Part shown: piece after piece, positions 1 to 12,869 of the stretch | How positions within the stretch are numbered: the stretch's first letter is position 1 | How the letters are laid out: each line of letters opens with the position of its first letter | From: Oikopleura dioica | Lineage: Eukaryota; Animalia; Chordata | Assembly (NCBI GenBank): GCA_907165135.1 | Contig: OU015566.1 | Span: 9,858,001 to 9,922,000, forward strand | Direction of reading: 5' to 3' | DNA length: 64,000 nucleotides | Made by a program: the position numbers and the translations under genes | Notes under the pieces: model-generated | Told to the model about the DNA's origin: nothing | Database searches by the model: none | Seen by the model: only the letters and a program-made list of their open reading frames with translations

Positions 1-3000
1 AGACGACTCACGCTACAAATTGAAAAGATGTATGTTATTAAATTTCTAGTAGTAAAATCAACAGACGCCGTTGAACACACCCCACCTTTTTTACTGGATG
101 TTTTCAATGTATCTTTCGAAATAAGCCACTTTTTGAAGAGAAAGACGGAAAACAACGACCGTCGCGATTGGCGAAAGTGTTTGTGAGAAGACGTGGGGGT
201 CCTTAATTTGAGAATTAAAATTAGAAGAGGCTCAGAACGTGTTCTAATCCCTTTATACGCGTGAACGCACTCTGAGTGGATCAACACTCGGACTTATCTG
301 AACACATTCAACAGCGTGGACGCTCCACCCTGTCACCCAACAACACGATCACAGATCAACCCGAACAAAGATATCTTTCTTCTCATGCACCCGTGTGTTG
401 ACCCTTTTTCTTCGCCATTGTTACGTTTTACAGCATTTTCGCCGATAAAACACGCATCTGCAAGCAAAACTAATCAACCGTAATGCCCTGGTCAAGAAAA
501 AGTGCCGAGTAGCGGAAAAGGGGGTATTGGTGAACCGCAGTAGGTCGAGCCAGCCGAAATCGAATTGAATTTCGCGTCAGCTAAGGCGTCAAATTGAAGC
601 CGCAGAAGCTGGACCGTGCTGCTCCCTTGCGGTATTTCTAACCTTTCCTCACAAAAGAAAAACTAAGACCAAAAACCTTCCTCACTTGGTTTCCTCCGTG
701 AACAGCTGGTTGCGTCCTGACTGTGAGAACGAGCAGAGGAACACGGTTTTTCGTGATTGAAAACGGGCGTCAAAACACGTCGGATCGCAGCTAAGTGCTC
801 TATAAAGTTAATGTCAGGACAACCATACTTGTGGTGGCTTATCATTTTTACTTACATGTTAACTTTTAGACCAACTCAAAACAAGATAATCTAAATAGTT
901 TCTTTCGGATTTAACCCAGAAAAAAACACACCAAAATCCTTCCCTCACTTCTTCCTTCACAACAGTATAAAAAGTTTATTCAACTATTGATGAGTCAAGA
1001 TAATTAACTTTCATAGAACCCGACATTGAGAAATAAAGACGTGAGTTCATCTTGAGTCGGATGAAAATTTAATATCAATTTATCCCTTTTCGGATTTATG
1101 CTCACTCAAATTTCATTCAAGAAATTTTTTCTCGAATTTGCCCAGTCAAGCTTTCTGGGGATCAACTCGGTTTGCAACTGAAGCGGAAGAATGACAGGAT
1201 CAGAAAATGTAAACTCGCAACAAATCATCTTTTCGTCAAAATTGAAACCACCGCCTGGTCGATTAGGGGCTGGCCGCCATTCGCGATCAAGAGATTATTC
1301 ACCCGTTGATCCGTCTGATGCGGATAACGTCGCTCAATTCGACCCTGTTCAATTCCACCATAAATACGATTCTTATCGCCTTGCTTATAAACTTTGATAA
1401 TCGCATTAGAAATTAAAAAAATCTTCACTCTGCATTTATCGGAGGAGGAGATTTTCAGCGAGTCGATTATTCGAAATTTTTTTCGTTTCCCTGATCGTAT
1501 CTTAGATTTTTTTTTCGCGTAACTTGTTGATGAAAATGAATTTTATTTACAAACAAAACCTGACTTGATAAATTGGGATCCGAACCTTCTACCAAAAACA
1601 TTTATATCGGTTGATTCTTGACAGATGTGTTAGATGTCATCTAAGATTCAATGACTCTATCGTTTGATTCGTGTTTTGGCTAATTGAAGAAGAATTGCTT
1701 GTTGTTGGCATCCAACTAATTCCAACCAGCAAAAGCATGGATTGTTGTATTAGAGAGTTGTACGTGGAGTTGGAAAAGAGTTAGTTACGCAATACGCCTT
1801 GTCCGGGAAACTGGCTTTTTACTGGCTTTGCGCTCGCGTCGGGTGACAGAACGCACCGAAACTCTAAACAATTCCGACGATTAACTCTAACTTGCTTAAA
1901 AATACAAATACTTGCGTTTAGAATTATTGTAAAGAACATGGCTCATCGTGATGCTAATCTGCCTTTTGATCACTTTTTGCTTGTTGGATAACTTCTTTTG
2001 CTAAACCAAAGTGACCCTTAAAATCGCCGGTTTTTCGGATGTTTCCGAGCCCGGGTTTAATATTGTCGATTACGAGTGAGTGGATAACAAAACTAACCAA
2101 ACTAACCCAAGAAGAATAAAAAAGGGTTTCGGTAGTAAAAATGAATGTGATTGGTAGACCGTGCACGGTGGAAACGATAACACTTAGGTCAATTAAATCA
2201 CAACACGGCGCTAGCTTGGAGGGTCCACCATGTTCTTCTCTCTTTTGCGATCATTGTATAACTAACTATCCACTCTAAATCTAATTCGATGATTGCCTGA
2301 CAGCATAGTGGACCTCATAACAAACTAACCACGTAACTGAAACCCGTAATTACATAAAATTAGAGAAAACCAGATGGGAAATTCAATTTGTCCATTTTGG
2401 ACAATTCAAAATTAAAGTTGTCTTCCGCGCCAGAATTAAAGTCTGGGAAGCTTCTGAACCGGCAAAAAAATACGAGGAAAAGTGAACTTTATTAGATTTC
2501 GAGGACTCTAAAACTATATTTTACGGCATTTCTAACCGAAAATCATGATTTAACTGTTCAAATTCTTGACGCGAAAAAGAACGAACTGCTAAATCGCATG
2601 AAACTCGAGTAAACACGAAGCTACGGCTCTAATTTCCAGGCCTCTTCTTGACGTGATAAACAGTTTAACCATAACGATACTCGTTATTGCTCATGATTTA
2701 GATTAAAAATGCCCGTTAGGAGTTCTTACGAAATGAAAAGAGCCAAGTCACCGATTTATCAAATTTTCGCTGTTTATGGTAATTCAAAAAATGAATCCAA
2801 CTTCGTCAGAAAGAGAGCTGATAGTGAACCTCCAGTTGATAAAGAGCAAGGGCGACAAAGAGACAAAGAGAGACACGTAAAAGTTTTTGGGATAATACCC
2901 GGCCCAGACCGAAATCAAATCCGGGGCAGGGTTGTGAACAAGAACCATCGATGCGTGTCAATTTTTAACCTAGAAATTTTAGATAGTTCTTCCAAAAAAA

Positions 3001-3774
3001 GATAATAACGGTTATTTGAAGCGACAAAAATCCTTTGCGGCTGGATCGATAAACCAAGGCGCCTTGAATAATCTTCTTTATGGAAGAAGAACTCGAAGAA
3101 GCCGTGAAATTTACTCTAAAAATAAATCGTTGCCTAATCTGAGCTCAATCACGGAAAATATGGAATTGAAAATCATAAATTTATAAAAGAATTATTTTTT
3201 TATTTTGATCCGTTCGAAGAAATTAGCAATAAAAATCGACTCATAAAAGGTCATTTAAGGTCCTCTGTACTTAGTTCTGAGCAAAGAGATAAGTTGATTC
3301 TGGAGAGGCAACTTTAGGTTGTATGGAGATGAGCAGCTTGTATAAAACAGTGGTCAACGTTCTCAGAAGCGCTTACATTTGTAATTTGCGCCGCAGCGAC
3401 TGCTTTAAAATGTGAAGAGAATCAACAAAAGCGCGCCTTCTATCTCGTGAATTTCCTAAGCGACGGTCGATATTGTCACATCTAACGCGTTCTCTAATTT
3501 GTGCGAACTCAATCGCAGTCATCTCGGTTTGCAAAAAATCATTATTATATCTGTAGCAGCAGCAACCAATATGTTTTCTTTAGAAGATATATTAGGAATG
3601 CGAGGAATCCCACCAATTCAGCAAGTTCCTTACTCGTGTCCAGAGAATGTTTTTGTCATCTTTTGTTTTTTAAAAGAACCTGTAGCGAAGGTATTTCCCA
3701 TGAATTGTGGCCTTCAATAATGATGCTTGAAATTGCTTGAAATATAGACTGTAGGAACGAAAAAAGCAATTTTG

Positions 3775-3906
3775 CCAGCTCAGCACTTCCGGAGCAAAAA
3801 TTTAAAAACTAAGTTAAAAGACACTGTACTACTGTATTAAGACAATGCTTTTGAATTTAGGCCCTCTTGTATTTTGGCAATTTTGGGTGCGGAAGTGCTG
3901 AGCTGG
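3775..3906. mobile_element. 132-bp MITE-like element with 17-bp perfect TIRs
   Basis: CCAGCTCAGCACTTCCG (3775-3791) and its exact reverse complement (3890-3906). TTG flanks both ends (possible 3-bp TSD). Superfamily not assignable. Confidence 0.6.
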
Positions 3907-4083
3907 TTGAATCGCCTCAGAAGTTCTTTTCACTTTTCCTTTCGTGGACTCTAGTTAACGAAGTCGGATTTCCCAACCCTCTTGTTTGACCCTTCTTGGA
4001 TGATCCCTGCTTGAGCGGAACCAGAAGTTTTCCCAAACGAGCTACACAGGCCGCTCATTTCGTCCAAATGAGGTGTCATTTCG

Positions 4084-4480
4084 GGTGACGGCGGGTTCCA
4101 TTCTTTGTAAAGAATGGTTCTTTTTGGCAAAGAATGGAACCCGCTTATTTCGGCCATATACGCAGGTTCCATTCTTTGCTCAATATTCTAGAAAATTACA
4201 AATTTGATAATTGTCATAATCGCAACTTCGTAAATCGATATTTTTTCATAAAATTACGAGTTCCAGTTATTTGGCAATCTTTAAACTTGTAGTTACTGTG
4301 AGACTGGCGCGAAGCGCACTCACGTTTCTTGACTTTCAAATTCTTGATAATGACTGTAATCAAAACAAAAAAGAATGGTTCTTTTTCGAATCTCGCTGAA
4401 AAGAATGATTCTTTTTCTGGCGGGTTCCATTCTTTACAAAAAGAACCATTCTTTACAAAGAATGGAACCCGCCGTCTACC
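4084..4480. mobile_element. Mutator (MULE)-like MITE, 397 bp, ~60-bp TIRs, 9-bp TSD
   Basis: GTCATTTCG direct repeat at 4075-4083 and 4481-4489. Termini GGT-GACGGCGGGTTCCATTCTTTG / GGTAGACGGCGGGTTCCATTCTTTG (reverse complement). A 9-bp TSD with G-rich long TIRs is typical of MULEs. Confidence 0.8.
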
Positions 4481-5629
4481 GTCATTTCGGCTCAATTTAA
4501 GAAACCAGATGGAGATTCGACCATCATTGTTTCACGAACTACTCGCAAAACTGGTTTGATACAGTGGCAGAATACACAACATTTGCGATTTTTCAATCTC
4601 GGATTCCTCGAAAACGAAAGTTCTGAGTTTTTGGTGCCGCTGGAAGTCTCAACTGTGCCAGATGTGGAACGCGTCAAAACGAAACATTATTTAATTTGGC
4701 GAGCTAAGTCCGAGATATGCAATCTCTTTACTTTACTTGACTCTATATATTTAGAAAACTAGGCAGCGGGCGCGCAATTCAGCACCTGGCCGGCTCATCA
4801 TTTGATTCAAGCCGCCTTATGGTTTCTTGAAATGAACCTGTATATTTTATTGCTTGAGTTGCGTGAAGTTCAGATTCCGCTACAGACTATCCTTCTGAAG
4901 ATCTATTTTCGTTTCAAGTCTTACATGAGCAGTACTGGCAGACAATTCACAATTCAAATCTTGATAGGGCTAAGTGAAAGAAAAGAACGAAAAGTACACG
5001 ACCGCGGGAATGTCATCCTTTCCTGAAAACAGCGCACCACATTAATTTCGAAATATGCTCTCATCTGCGGAAAGGATAAGATCATTCAAGTGACGCTTAG
5101 CGTGAATTCTTCTGCCAAAAGAATTGCACCTGTAATTACCTTTTTCTCGCCATCCAACGGGCACGAACTTGAGAGCGAACGAGGGCTGAATTACGAATCT
5201 GAAAGATCCTCCGAAGAAACACGCTTGTTTTTCTTTCGGTCTCTAAGGAGCAACGCTACCGGAAATGATTCTACCGCTGATAGACCCTAAAACGTGTTAT
5301 CCTTGGCTTTTTACAGGAATAAAAAGGTTAATTCCTCTTTCCTTTCTGAAATTTACATATGAGTCAATCGTCGCAGCTGCAGAAGGTTGAGGTTTTAGGT
5401 TGAGTTGAACCGGTTGTCACAAACTGATGAAATTTTTGACACCGTTGACGGGAGCAGCCGAGCGATAGGCCATATCTCCACACAAGCTAAGCCTGCCATG
5501 ACGGCAAACTTCCAAGACGTGTCCAAACTCAAGTGTTTATATCCTCGCAAAAAAAGATTCTGCATTACTTACTCAAAAAAATTGCTAAAGAACAAAAGTC
5601 TCCAAGATATTTATTTGTTCATATTGGAC

Positions 5630-6572
5630 TCAGTTAAAAACCTTGATTATTTTGTCGTGGGTAAATTCAACCCTGCAACTAGGGCATGTTTTCTGGGGAA
5701 GAGAAGAAAGACAGTTGAAGCAGGCTTTGTGCCCACATGAAGAAAGAACGGCTTCACGGTGCTCGTCGTCGAAGATTTCAAAGCAGACTTTGCATTTTGG
5801 TTTATCGTTATCCTGCTGACTATTGAGGGCAATTTGGTCTTGATCTTCGTCTTAGAAAAATGTGAAAAATTAAAGAAAATTAGAAAAGATAACTAGTTCC
5901 AATACCAATGTCACTGTTATCTTCATTCATTGCTTCTATTGCTAGAAAGCGAGCACGTTTTTGAACTTTTTTGCGCCATTTCTTCTTCTCAAGAAGCTCT
6001 TCATTGACTTTTAGAATTTTTCGTTCTGCTGCTTCAAGCCTTTTCTTGGCATCAGCGAGTTCCTTTTTAGAATTTTCAGCTTGAACTTCAGTTAATCCCT
6101 CCTCGATTCTCGCTTCTTCGTAAAGTTTGTTCACAACTGATAGACACTCATACTTTTCTTAATACATATAATCGATAAGAACGAAAAACTATAAACAAAA
6201 TGGAAGAACATACTGTCAGTTGATGACCTTTGAGCCGCATTTTCACAGCATGAGCCGATCCAATATTCTCGATAAGATAATGCAACCGCTCCACAGCTTC
6301 GGTTCGAACTTATTGGAGCAGGACATCTGAATTTTGCATCGGAGTTTTCAAAAACTACATGTCTAGACTTTGCTGGAAATCTTTCATATGCACACTCTTT
6401 GCAATATCTTTGACCTTTGAAATCAGCAGTTGACCTTGTCATGCTAGAATTTTTTATTAAAAATAATATGATTGAATCTATCCCACTATTTACACCAACA
6501 GCATTTTCCAACGATTCCAACAGAGACAATGTATCCATTTGCTGGATTTACATTCTCGTATGGGCGTTTCAT
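5630..6572 (-). CDS. Cys-rich N-terminus + coiled coil + C-terminal C3HC4 RING protein (putative E3 ligase), paralog A, 255 aa
   Basis: Exons 6572-6487, 6443-6214, 6136-5906, 5850-5630 (768 nt, frame intact). GT-AG introns of 43, 77 and 55 bp. RING CKVC...CGHKACFNC...CPSC in the last exon. Confidence 0.85.
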
Positions 6573-7049
6573 TTTCAGATGCACATCTAAAGTCACAAGT
6601 CTCGTCGAAAATGTCTCGCGAAAAAAAACTTGCAAGGAGCTGCGACTGATTCTGTGCAAGTTATTCGTTTATGCGAAGAATAAACATTTGCAATTGATAT
6701 ATCTTTAATATATTCTCAAATTTGCAAATGATCTTTTATGTCCATTGGACAAATACCCTGTCATTAAAATCATTCTATCCTTCCTAGTCTGAGTCTTGTG
6801 AGAAGGCGTACGTCACGAGTCTCCTACTTCGTCATCATAATTTCAGCTCATAAAAGTGTCCTCCGAAATCCATGCTGCCTATCTTTTCCCACTCAATTAT
6901 ATTTCTAACTACTGAGTCGTGAAACGCGCTGAGACAAAAGACCCATCCTCGTAAAAAAGTACCGAAAGAAAATTGAAAAGACACTCGAGGAGGCAAAAAT
7001 ACGATTGATCGAGGAAAAAAAGTCTGACGGTTTCTCCTCTTTTTTTTAA

Positions 7050-8127
7050 ATGATGACAAACTTCGACATTTTCGACGAGTTCGACGCGGCGATTCAAAAA
7101 GTCGACAGAGAGATTTTGAACTTGAAGTTAGAAAGTAAGAAAAACGAGCGAGAGCTCTTGAGTTACTCGAGAAGGCGAATTTCTCGGGCGCAATCTTTTT
7201 CGACAACTTCGCCAGATTCAGGAAGGGCTTTTCACTGCTGATCCATGATAAGGAGCCAGTCGGGGGCAATGAATTGTTTGGAGATAAGATTTTCGGCGAG
7301 CCCAAATTAAGGATTTTCTGATGACATTGATAAGCAGCATTCAAGCAGTCAGTCCTTCGTCGTTACTGACAAACACAGGAAGTATGCGAGGAGGAAAAGG
7401 ACGATGCGGAAAATAAGATCTATCTCTACCAGGTAAAATCAATTACGAGTCCCGTTTTTAATTTTTGAACAGATCAAAATGGAGCAAGGAAGAGCCGATT
7501 TCCGAGGAGAAACAGGAGCTGATGAACATTGAGGAAGAAATTTGCGTGTTCAAGGTAAATCTTTAAAACAGAAAATTAGTGGGAGCGATACGGTGCAAAT
7601 TCAATTTGGGCTAGCACGATTGCTAAAACCAACACAAACTTCCATCACCTCGCCTACTAAATGAATCGTTCGAGAGGTCTTATAATCTCGTTTTCGTTCA
7701 TTTGATTATGATTTTTTTCTTTCGAAATCAAATAACGGGTTCAGGTGATGATTGACCGTGAATTTTAGATATTTTTTCGTTATGAAATCGATAGAGTCAG
7801 CTTATTTAACAGTTTACGACGTGCTTATTCAATTACTTTCTTTTATGAAAAATTTCATCTCAAAAGTTTGAATTCAATTTCACTCCATTAGAATGGTAGT
7901 TCGAGGAGTTTTCAAGTAGCTGGATCACGTTTTTCCCCTCGCCAGGCTGCCTTGTCTAAAAGAACAATTTAAGATCAAAAAGCTGCTTTCCTCGGCGCCA
8001 CCTGGCATTTCAGATGATCCCTGTTGGCTGCGGTTGATCTCTGCCTTTCCACTTCAACGGAACCTCGTCCAGGGGCTCGTGCTTCCATCTGATTTTGCTC
8101 AAGTTAAATCTCTCAAACCTCCAGCCG
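7050..8127 (+). pseudogene. Spliced but frameshifted hypothetical gene fragment
   Basis: Coding-like segments (MMTNFDIFDEF..., ...KIYLYQ|gtaaaa, KWSKEEPISEEKQELMNIEEEICVFK|gtaaat, LDHVFPLARLP...KPPA|gtaag) with GT/AG sites, but no continuous frame and no recognised family. Confidence 0.3.
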
Positions 8128-9452
8128 GTAAGTTGAAGAATATTTCTTTCAAAGAATATTTCATAAAAATGCTACAAAGAAACATTTCCTGATTACCGCA
8201 ATTTCTACCTTAAAAATAAGAAAGCTACTGTAACACTCCTCTGATAGTCGTTATTCATGAAATTCGCTAGCGTGCCTTCTTGGAACGAAAGAATTTTCAT
8301 CTCACAAAGCCCTTTTTTCTATCCCTCTCAAGAACCGGTAGGTTGAATAAGTAAGGAAGGAAAAACGTGTGGATGAGCGGGGTACCACTCACACTATCGC
8401 AAAGCCGAATTCGATTATGTTAGCATAATGTCACACGCTGACGGATGTTTCTTGATTTCATCAACAAATATTTACAGTACCGCTAAATCAGAGCAAATTC
8501 CGCAGAAACTCAACCAATTAATATTCATGGAAAGACACTTCTACTAATCGACCGTTTTAAAATGCAAATGTTTAGATCTACATGACGCTGTGTACCGAAA
8601 AGACATGAACACTTGGCACGTCCTTCCCGGCCTTGCAGATTTTTCAAGGAACATGCTCACGAATTTACAATACCGTTTTTTCCGCCTAAAATAGGCCACT
8701 AAAAATAAACGGGAGCCGCGACGTTCTGAGCAAAAATAGCACGAAAACTGATCCAACTGATTGCAGTGTTTTGGACTTGTCTTTCTGCGAGTCCTACTGT
8801 GATACATCGGATGATTGTGACAGTATAAAGAGCCTTCCTTCAATCGGCTCAGGGAAAACTCCAAGTCCGATTAAAAAGGGACTCAAGAAGCTTATCAGGT
8901 GAGAAATAACAGTAACGCGAAAGTGGTATACATTGATTTCGAGAAAAAAGCGTTTTTCATCTCATCTAAAACAACAATTAAGTGGTCGAAGGCGGCGGGG
9001 GACATCTTATTTTGGCCGTGATCAAGATGTGCGGTCGAAGAGTGAAGGAGACACCCTTAGCGCTTCCAAGAAGAAACTTCAGAAGCCTCTCTCACAAAAA
9101 CCGCGGATGGTCATAAGCGATCCCGAAATTGTTAATCTTCCAGAAAACATCTCAAAGATGCGGCTAAAGAGCATAACAGAGACATAATTCGTCCATCATT
9201 CAAAAATCCGAAATCTGCTGTCAGTCAAAATAAATCTTTCAAGTTCAAAATACAAATTATGCAAAAAAGCTGCAGCACGTTATGCGAAGAGCACCAGTTC
9301 AAGGAACTATCCGCTCGTCAACAAACAATGAAAAAAAAAGCAAATCTTGCAGGAAGGGCTGAACTTGTATTTGTTGGCCAAATTCAATGTAAAAACTTGT
9401 TACTGTCGACTAGACGATCTTTCCTACTCGGGGTTACCTTTGCAAAAATCAA

Positions 9453-9510
9453 CCTGTGTTCAAAACCTGAGTCAGGTCATATCATTCCTGACTCAGGTTT
9501 CGGACACAGG
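9453..9510. other. 58-nt imperfect hairpin (24-bp stem, 10-nt loop)
   Basis: AAACCTGAGTCAGG (9463-9476) / CCTGACTCAGGTTT (9487-9500) form a perfect 14-bp stem, extended by CCTGTGT/ACACAGG. Confidence 0.7.
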
Positions 9511-10562
9511 ATTCCGAGCCCTTGTCTACTCGTTCAAAACAATCAGAAGAATGGTTTATGCGCGGGTTAGAGAGCCTTTACCAGGTACAACAGGGGATTG
9601 TCTAAGGCCGCTTAGTTCAACTCAGTTGTGCGAGATCACATTTAAAATTAACTAGAAGCTCGAGCCTTTCAAGCCTTCAAAACGGATCTGTTTCAATTTA
9701 GGAAACAAATTTAGAGACGCACGTTATAGATAAACATTTCGGAGCCAGATGAAATGGAAAGAACACGCAATAGATAAAGGCTCACTCGTTTTATATACAA
9801 GCTCCTCCCACGATATCTCGTTCTCCAACAGGATCAATTACGGGCGTCTTCAGACTTCCAGTTTTTCTTATGCTGCCCAAGTCCTCGATTTTCAGTCGAA
9901 ATCTAAAAATGAACTCTTTGAAAATCGACCCTCTAAAAATCAGATTCGCTGGTGTTCGTGTCGCTCCATTGTACTTTTGACTTGATGTTTCCAGATTTTG
10001 TTGGTTTTAGAAATTTCCGAGAAAGAGCTTGTTTAATTGTACGCGTAGCGCGATGGAAACATGTGTTAACAATTTTCACAAACGGTTTAGAACAACGCAA
10101 GGGAGCGAAATTTAGCGATGAGAATGCACAAAACGAATTATACAAAAACAGCAATCCAGCGTGAAAAAAATTATCTTCTCAGTCAATTTCCTTCATAGAA
10201 CTAGGGCTGCGAGACAAAGGCTAATTTTCATGGGCGGATTCTTTTCTGGATCAGAAAATATCTCATTTCGAGAACACCGTGTATTTTTCTGTCGCACGGA
10301 CATAATGAAGTGCACATAAAGAGATCTTACATTCCGAGAATTTTTCAGGTGTTGGGGCTGACTCATTTCAGAGGCTTTGAGGTCGTTTTGGACCTTTGAA
10401 AGTCTTATCGTCGATATGTTATCAAAGATTCCTTACGCTCGACCCGGGCATGAATTCAACGACGATTCGTCTTTGTCCTCTAAACTGAATCAGCCCACAC
10501 ATCTAAAAAATCCTCGGAAAGTCAGCCCAAATACAGAGTGTTTTTTTCTTCCTTGAAAGAGA

Positions 10563-11643
10563 ATGCCCCATTTTCACAAATCGCTGGAGAAATTCGTTAC
10601 TTCTTTTGGTAATTTTGGAAAATGTGATGAGTGTGGATGGTAATTTTAAGTTTTCTCTACACTTCTTTTCTTTGGATTTTAGCGCACGCGAATCAACTGC
10701 TTTGATAAGAGGAAGAAGATATTGCAAAAGTTGCAAGGAAAGTTCTAAATCCGATCATCCATGATTCAAGGACTCTAGATCCCAGTTTATTAGGGAAATC
10801 ATAAATAAATAATTATTTAATATTATTTATTTAATTAATATAATAAATTTTTGGCGAATTTCGAACTGATTGAAAGGAAAAGAAAAAATGGGTAACACCA
10901 GCAAAATTTCAGGACTCAGACGCAACATTCAAATGTCCTGCTGGAAGCTGCGGAGCGACTAAACTATCTTTTCGCGAGCACATAGTTGGATACTGCTGTG
11001 AAGCTGCTTTGGCGAGAACACCGGATGATATTTGGGGTAAACTTAAATTGAAATATATTTTTAGTTGAAAAATTTTTATAGAAGCAAAAATTGAGCACGA
11101 AGCGATGAGCAAGCTTTATCTGGAAATAAGAGAAGATAATAATTCTTCTTTTGAAAAAATCATGGACGCTCGTCGTGACCTTATCAATGCTAGAAATAAA
11201 GTCGAGACAAAGGAAGAAGAACTGAAAAAAGCCAAAGAAAATGTTCCGCTCGCAGAAAAAAGACTCAGATTCGCAAATACAAATGAAGTGTATTTACGAA
11301 AGTTGCACGAAAAGAGTGAAAAACGAGTACTTATCATCACAAATGCAGCTTTCCTTCGTGATGGTAAGAGGACAAGAAAAGTTTTTTTAGCTCCTTGATA
11401 TTTGTTTATTTCTTATTTTTAGACGCACCAGGTCCAGTGGCGAAGAAAGCGAAGCAAGAAGATGTGAATGAGCAGAATCAATGCAAGGTCTGTTTTCATC
11501 CTTACAATGAGGAGCGCCCAGAAGCAATCATCATTCCCTGCGCTCACAAGTTCTGCTTCAATTGCATCACATCCCTTCGAGAGAAAAACTGTCCAAACTG
11601 CCGGGCTAAATTCACTGACAACAATGTTTACAAGACTCATTGA
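10563..11643 (+). pseudogene. Cys-rich + coiled coil + C3HC4 RING protein, paralog B, with one in-frame TGA (pseudogene, null allele or sequence error)
   Basis: Exons 10563-10639, 10683-10770, 10913-11036, 11082-11363, 11423-11643 (792 nt). Aligns to paralog A (GKCxxC, RYCKxC, DAxFxCP, GxCCE, RING). TGA at 10762-10764. Intron 10771-10912 is GA-AG. Confidence 0.8.
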
Positions 11644-12398
11644 GTCTTTACAGTCTATTAGTTCATTTTTTGCTCACAGCTCTCATATACGAATAAAAAC
11701 AATTGAAAATAAAGTAGCTTTGGTTTTCCATCAGCAGTTACACTCTGATGCAACCCTTAATTTCTGGTTGCCAAAGTAGCCCAGTAAAAGCCCCCCACTG
11801 CGCCTTTTGAGTGCAGAAAGATAATGAAACTCGAATATATGCAGGTGAGGCCCTTCAATTTCCGGGTAGATGCATTATGCAACGTGAATAGAAAAATTGA
11901 GAGCGCGTAGCTTGTCGTAAATATTTGAAGGCAGCTGCTCGAGATGGAAGGTATCTCTGCGGAAAGGCCTCTAGAGTCTCTTCCACTCGGCTTGAAAGTG
12001 CTCCGTAAGCTCCTTAAGTGCTCCGTACGTTTTGCATTTGAGTAAGCACAAATAACCGCATAATCATGAAATGCATGCTCTCCCTCTCTGCAATTTCGAA
12101 TCCCACAAGTTCATCATTGACACAATCAAATTGGCGTATCAGTACATTCGATGTTTCCAAATTACGAGGCAAAACCAGATAATCGTCGCTAATTAACGAA
12201 AAAACGTTAAGAGCATCACAATTTGGTTAAAATTCGAGAGACGTCCTTTCAGAGAATGGAAGCTGTCTCTATGACAGATGTTTCCTCTTACATGAAAATG
12301 AAGGAAGCGAGAAGACGTTGTGTAACCGGATCTGAATATCTCGCTAATGACTTTCCATGCTCATCCAGAATTTCCACCGCTCAAGGTGAAGTCAGTTA

Positions 12399-12743
12399 CA
12401 GACAAAACGGACAATTCCGGAACGGGCAATTCCGGAGATTTGAGGGAAATCGGTAAAATTTTTGTAAACGCACAATTCCGGAAATTTCAGACAAAAAATT
12501 CAACTGAGAGGTCTATTTTGTATATAGGACCACCTTTTCGCGAAATATTACGAAGAATTTTCAGAAAAGAAATGAGAGAAGGGTCAAAAAAGCCATGAGT
12601 AGCACTAAAAAAGCCCATTTTCTGGTTGACACCCTTAAAAAGGCACTTTGGAAGCAAAAAATTTTCAATTAGAATTCGGACAATTCCGGAGATTCGGCGC
12701 TTTTCCCCGAAAAAAAAACTTCCGGAATTGTCCGTTTTGTCTG
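12399..12743. mobile_element. Tc1/mariner-like MITE, 345 bp
   Basis: TA|CAGACAAAACGGACAATTCCGGAA ... TTCCGGAATTGTCCGTTTTGTCTG|TA: 24-bp perfect TIR, TA TSD, CAG terminus, internal CAATTCCGGA repeats. Confidence 0.85.
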
Positions 12744-12869
12744 TAATAGATTTTATCTACTCAGAGAATGAAAAAAGGAACTTTACATTTGAGCAAATTC
12801 AGTAGCATGAAACGACCTTCCAACTGGCCTAACAATTCATCGTGAATTCGATCGCATTGGAGTGCTCCA

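Noticed and set aside
1225-1428. LINE reverse-transcriptase-like motif (AIIKVYKQGDK)
   Set aside because: No following NYRPISL or other RT motifs; too short to support.
1954-2166. Integrase-like GHFG / HGLP words
   Set aside because: Motif order and spacing do not fit an integrase and no LTR, RT or RNase H was found.
10762-10764. Selenocysteine recoding of the in-frame TGA
   Set aside because: It aligns to Val, not Cys, in the paralog and no SECIS was identified.
11780-12360. Minus-strand transposase remnant
   Set aside because: Coding-like but stop-riddled, with no diagnostic catalytic motif that I could support.
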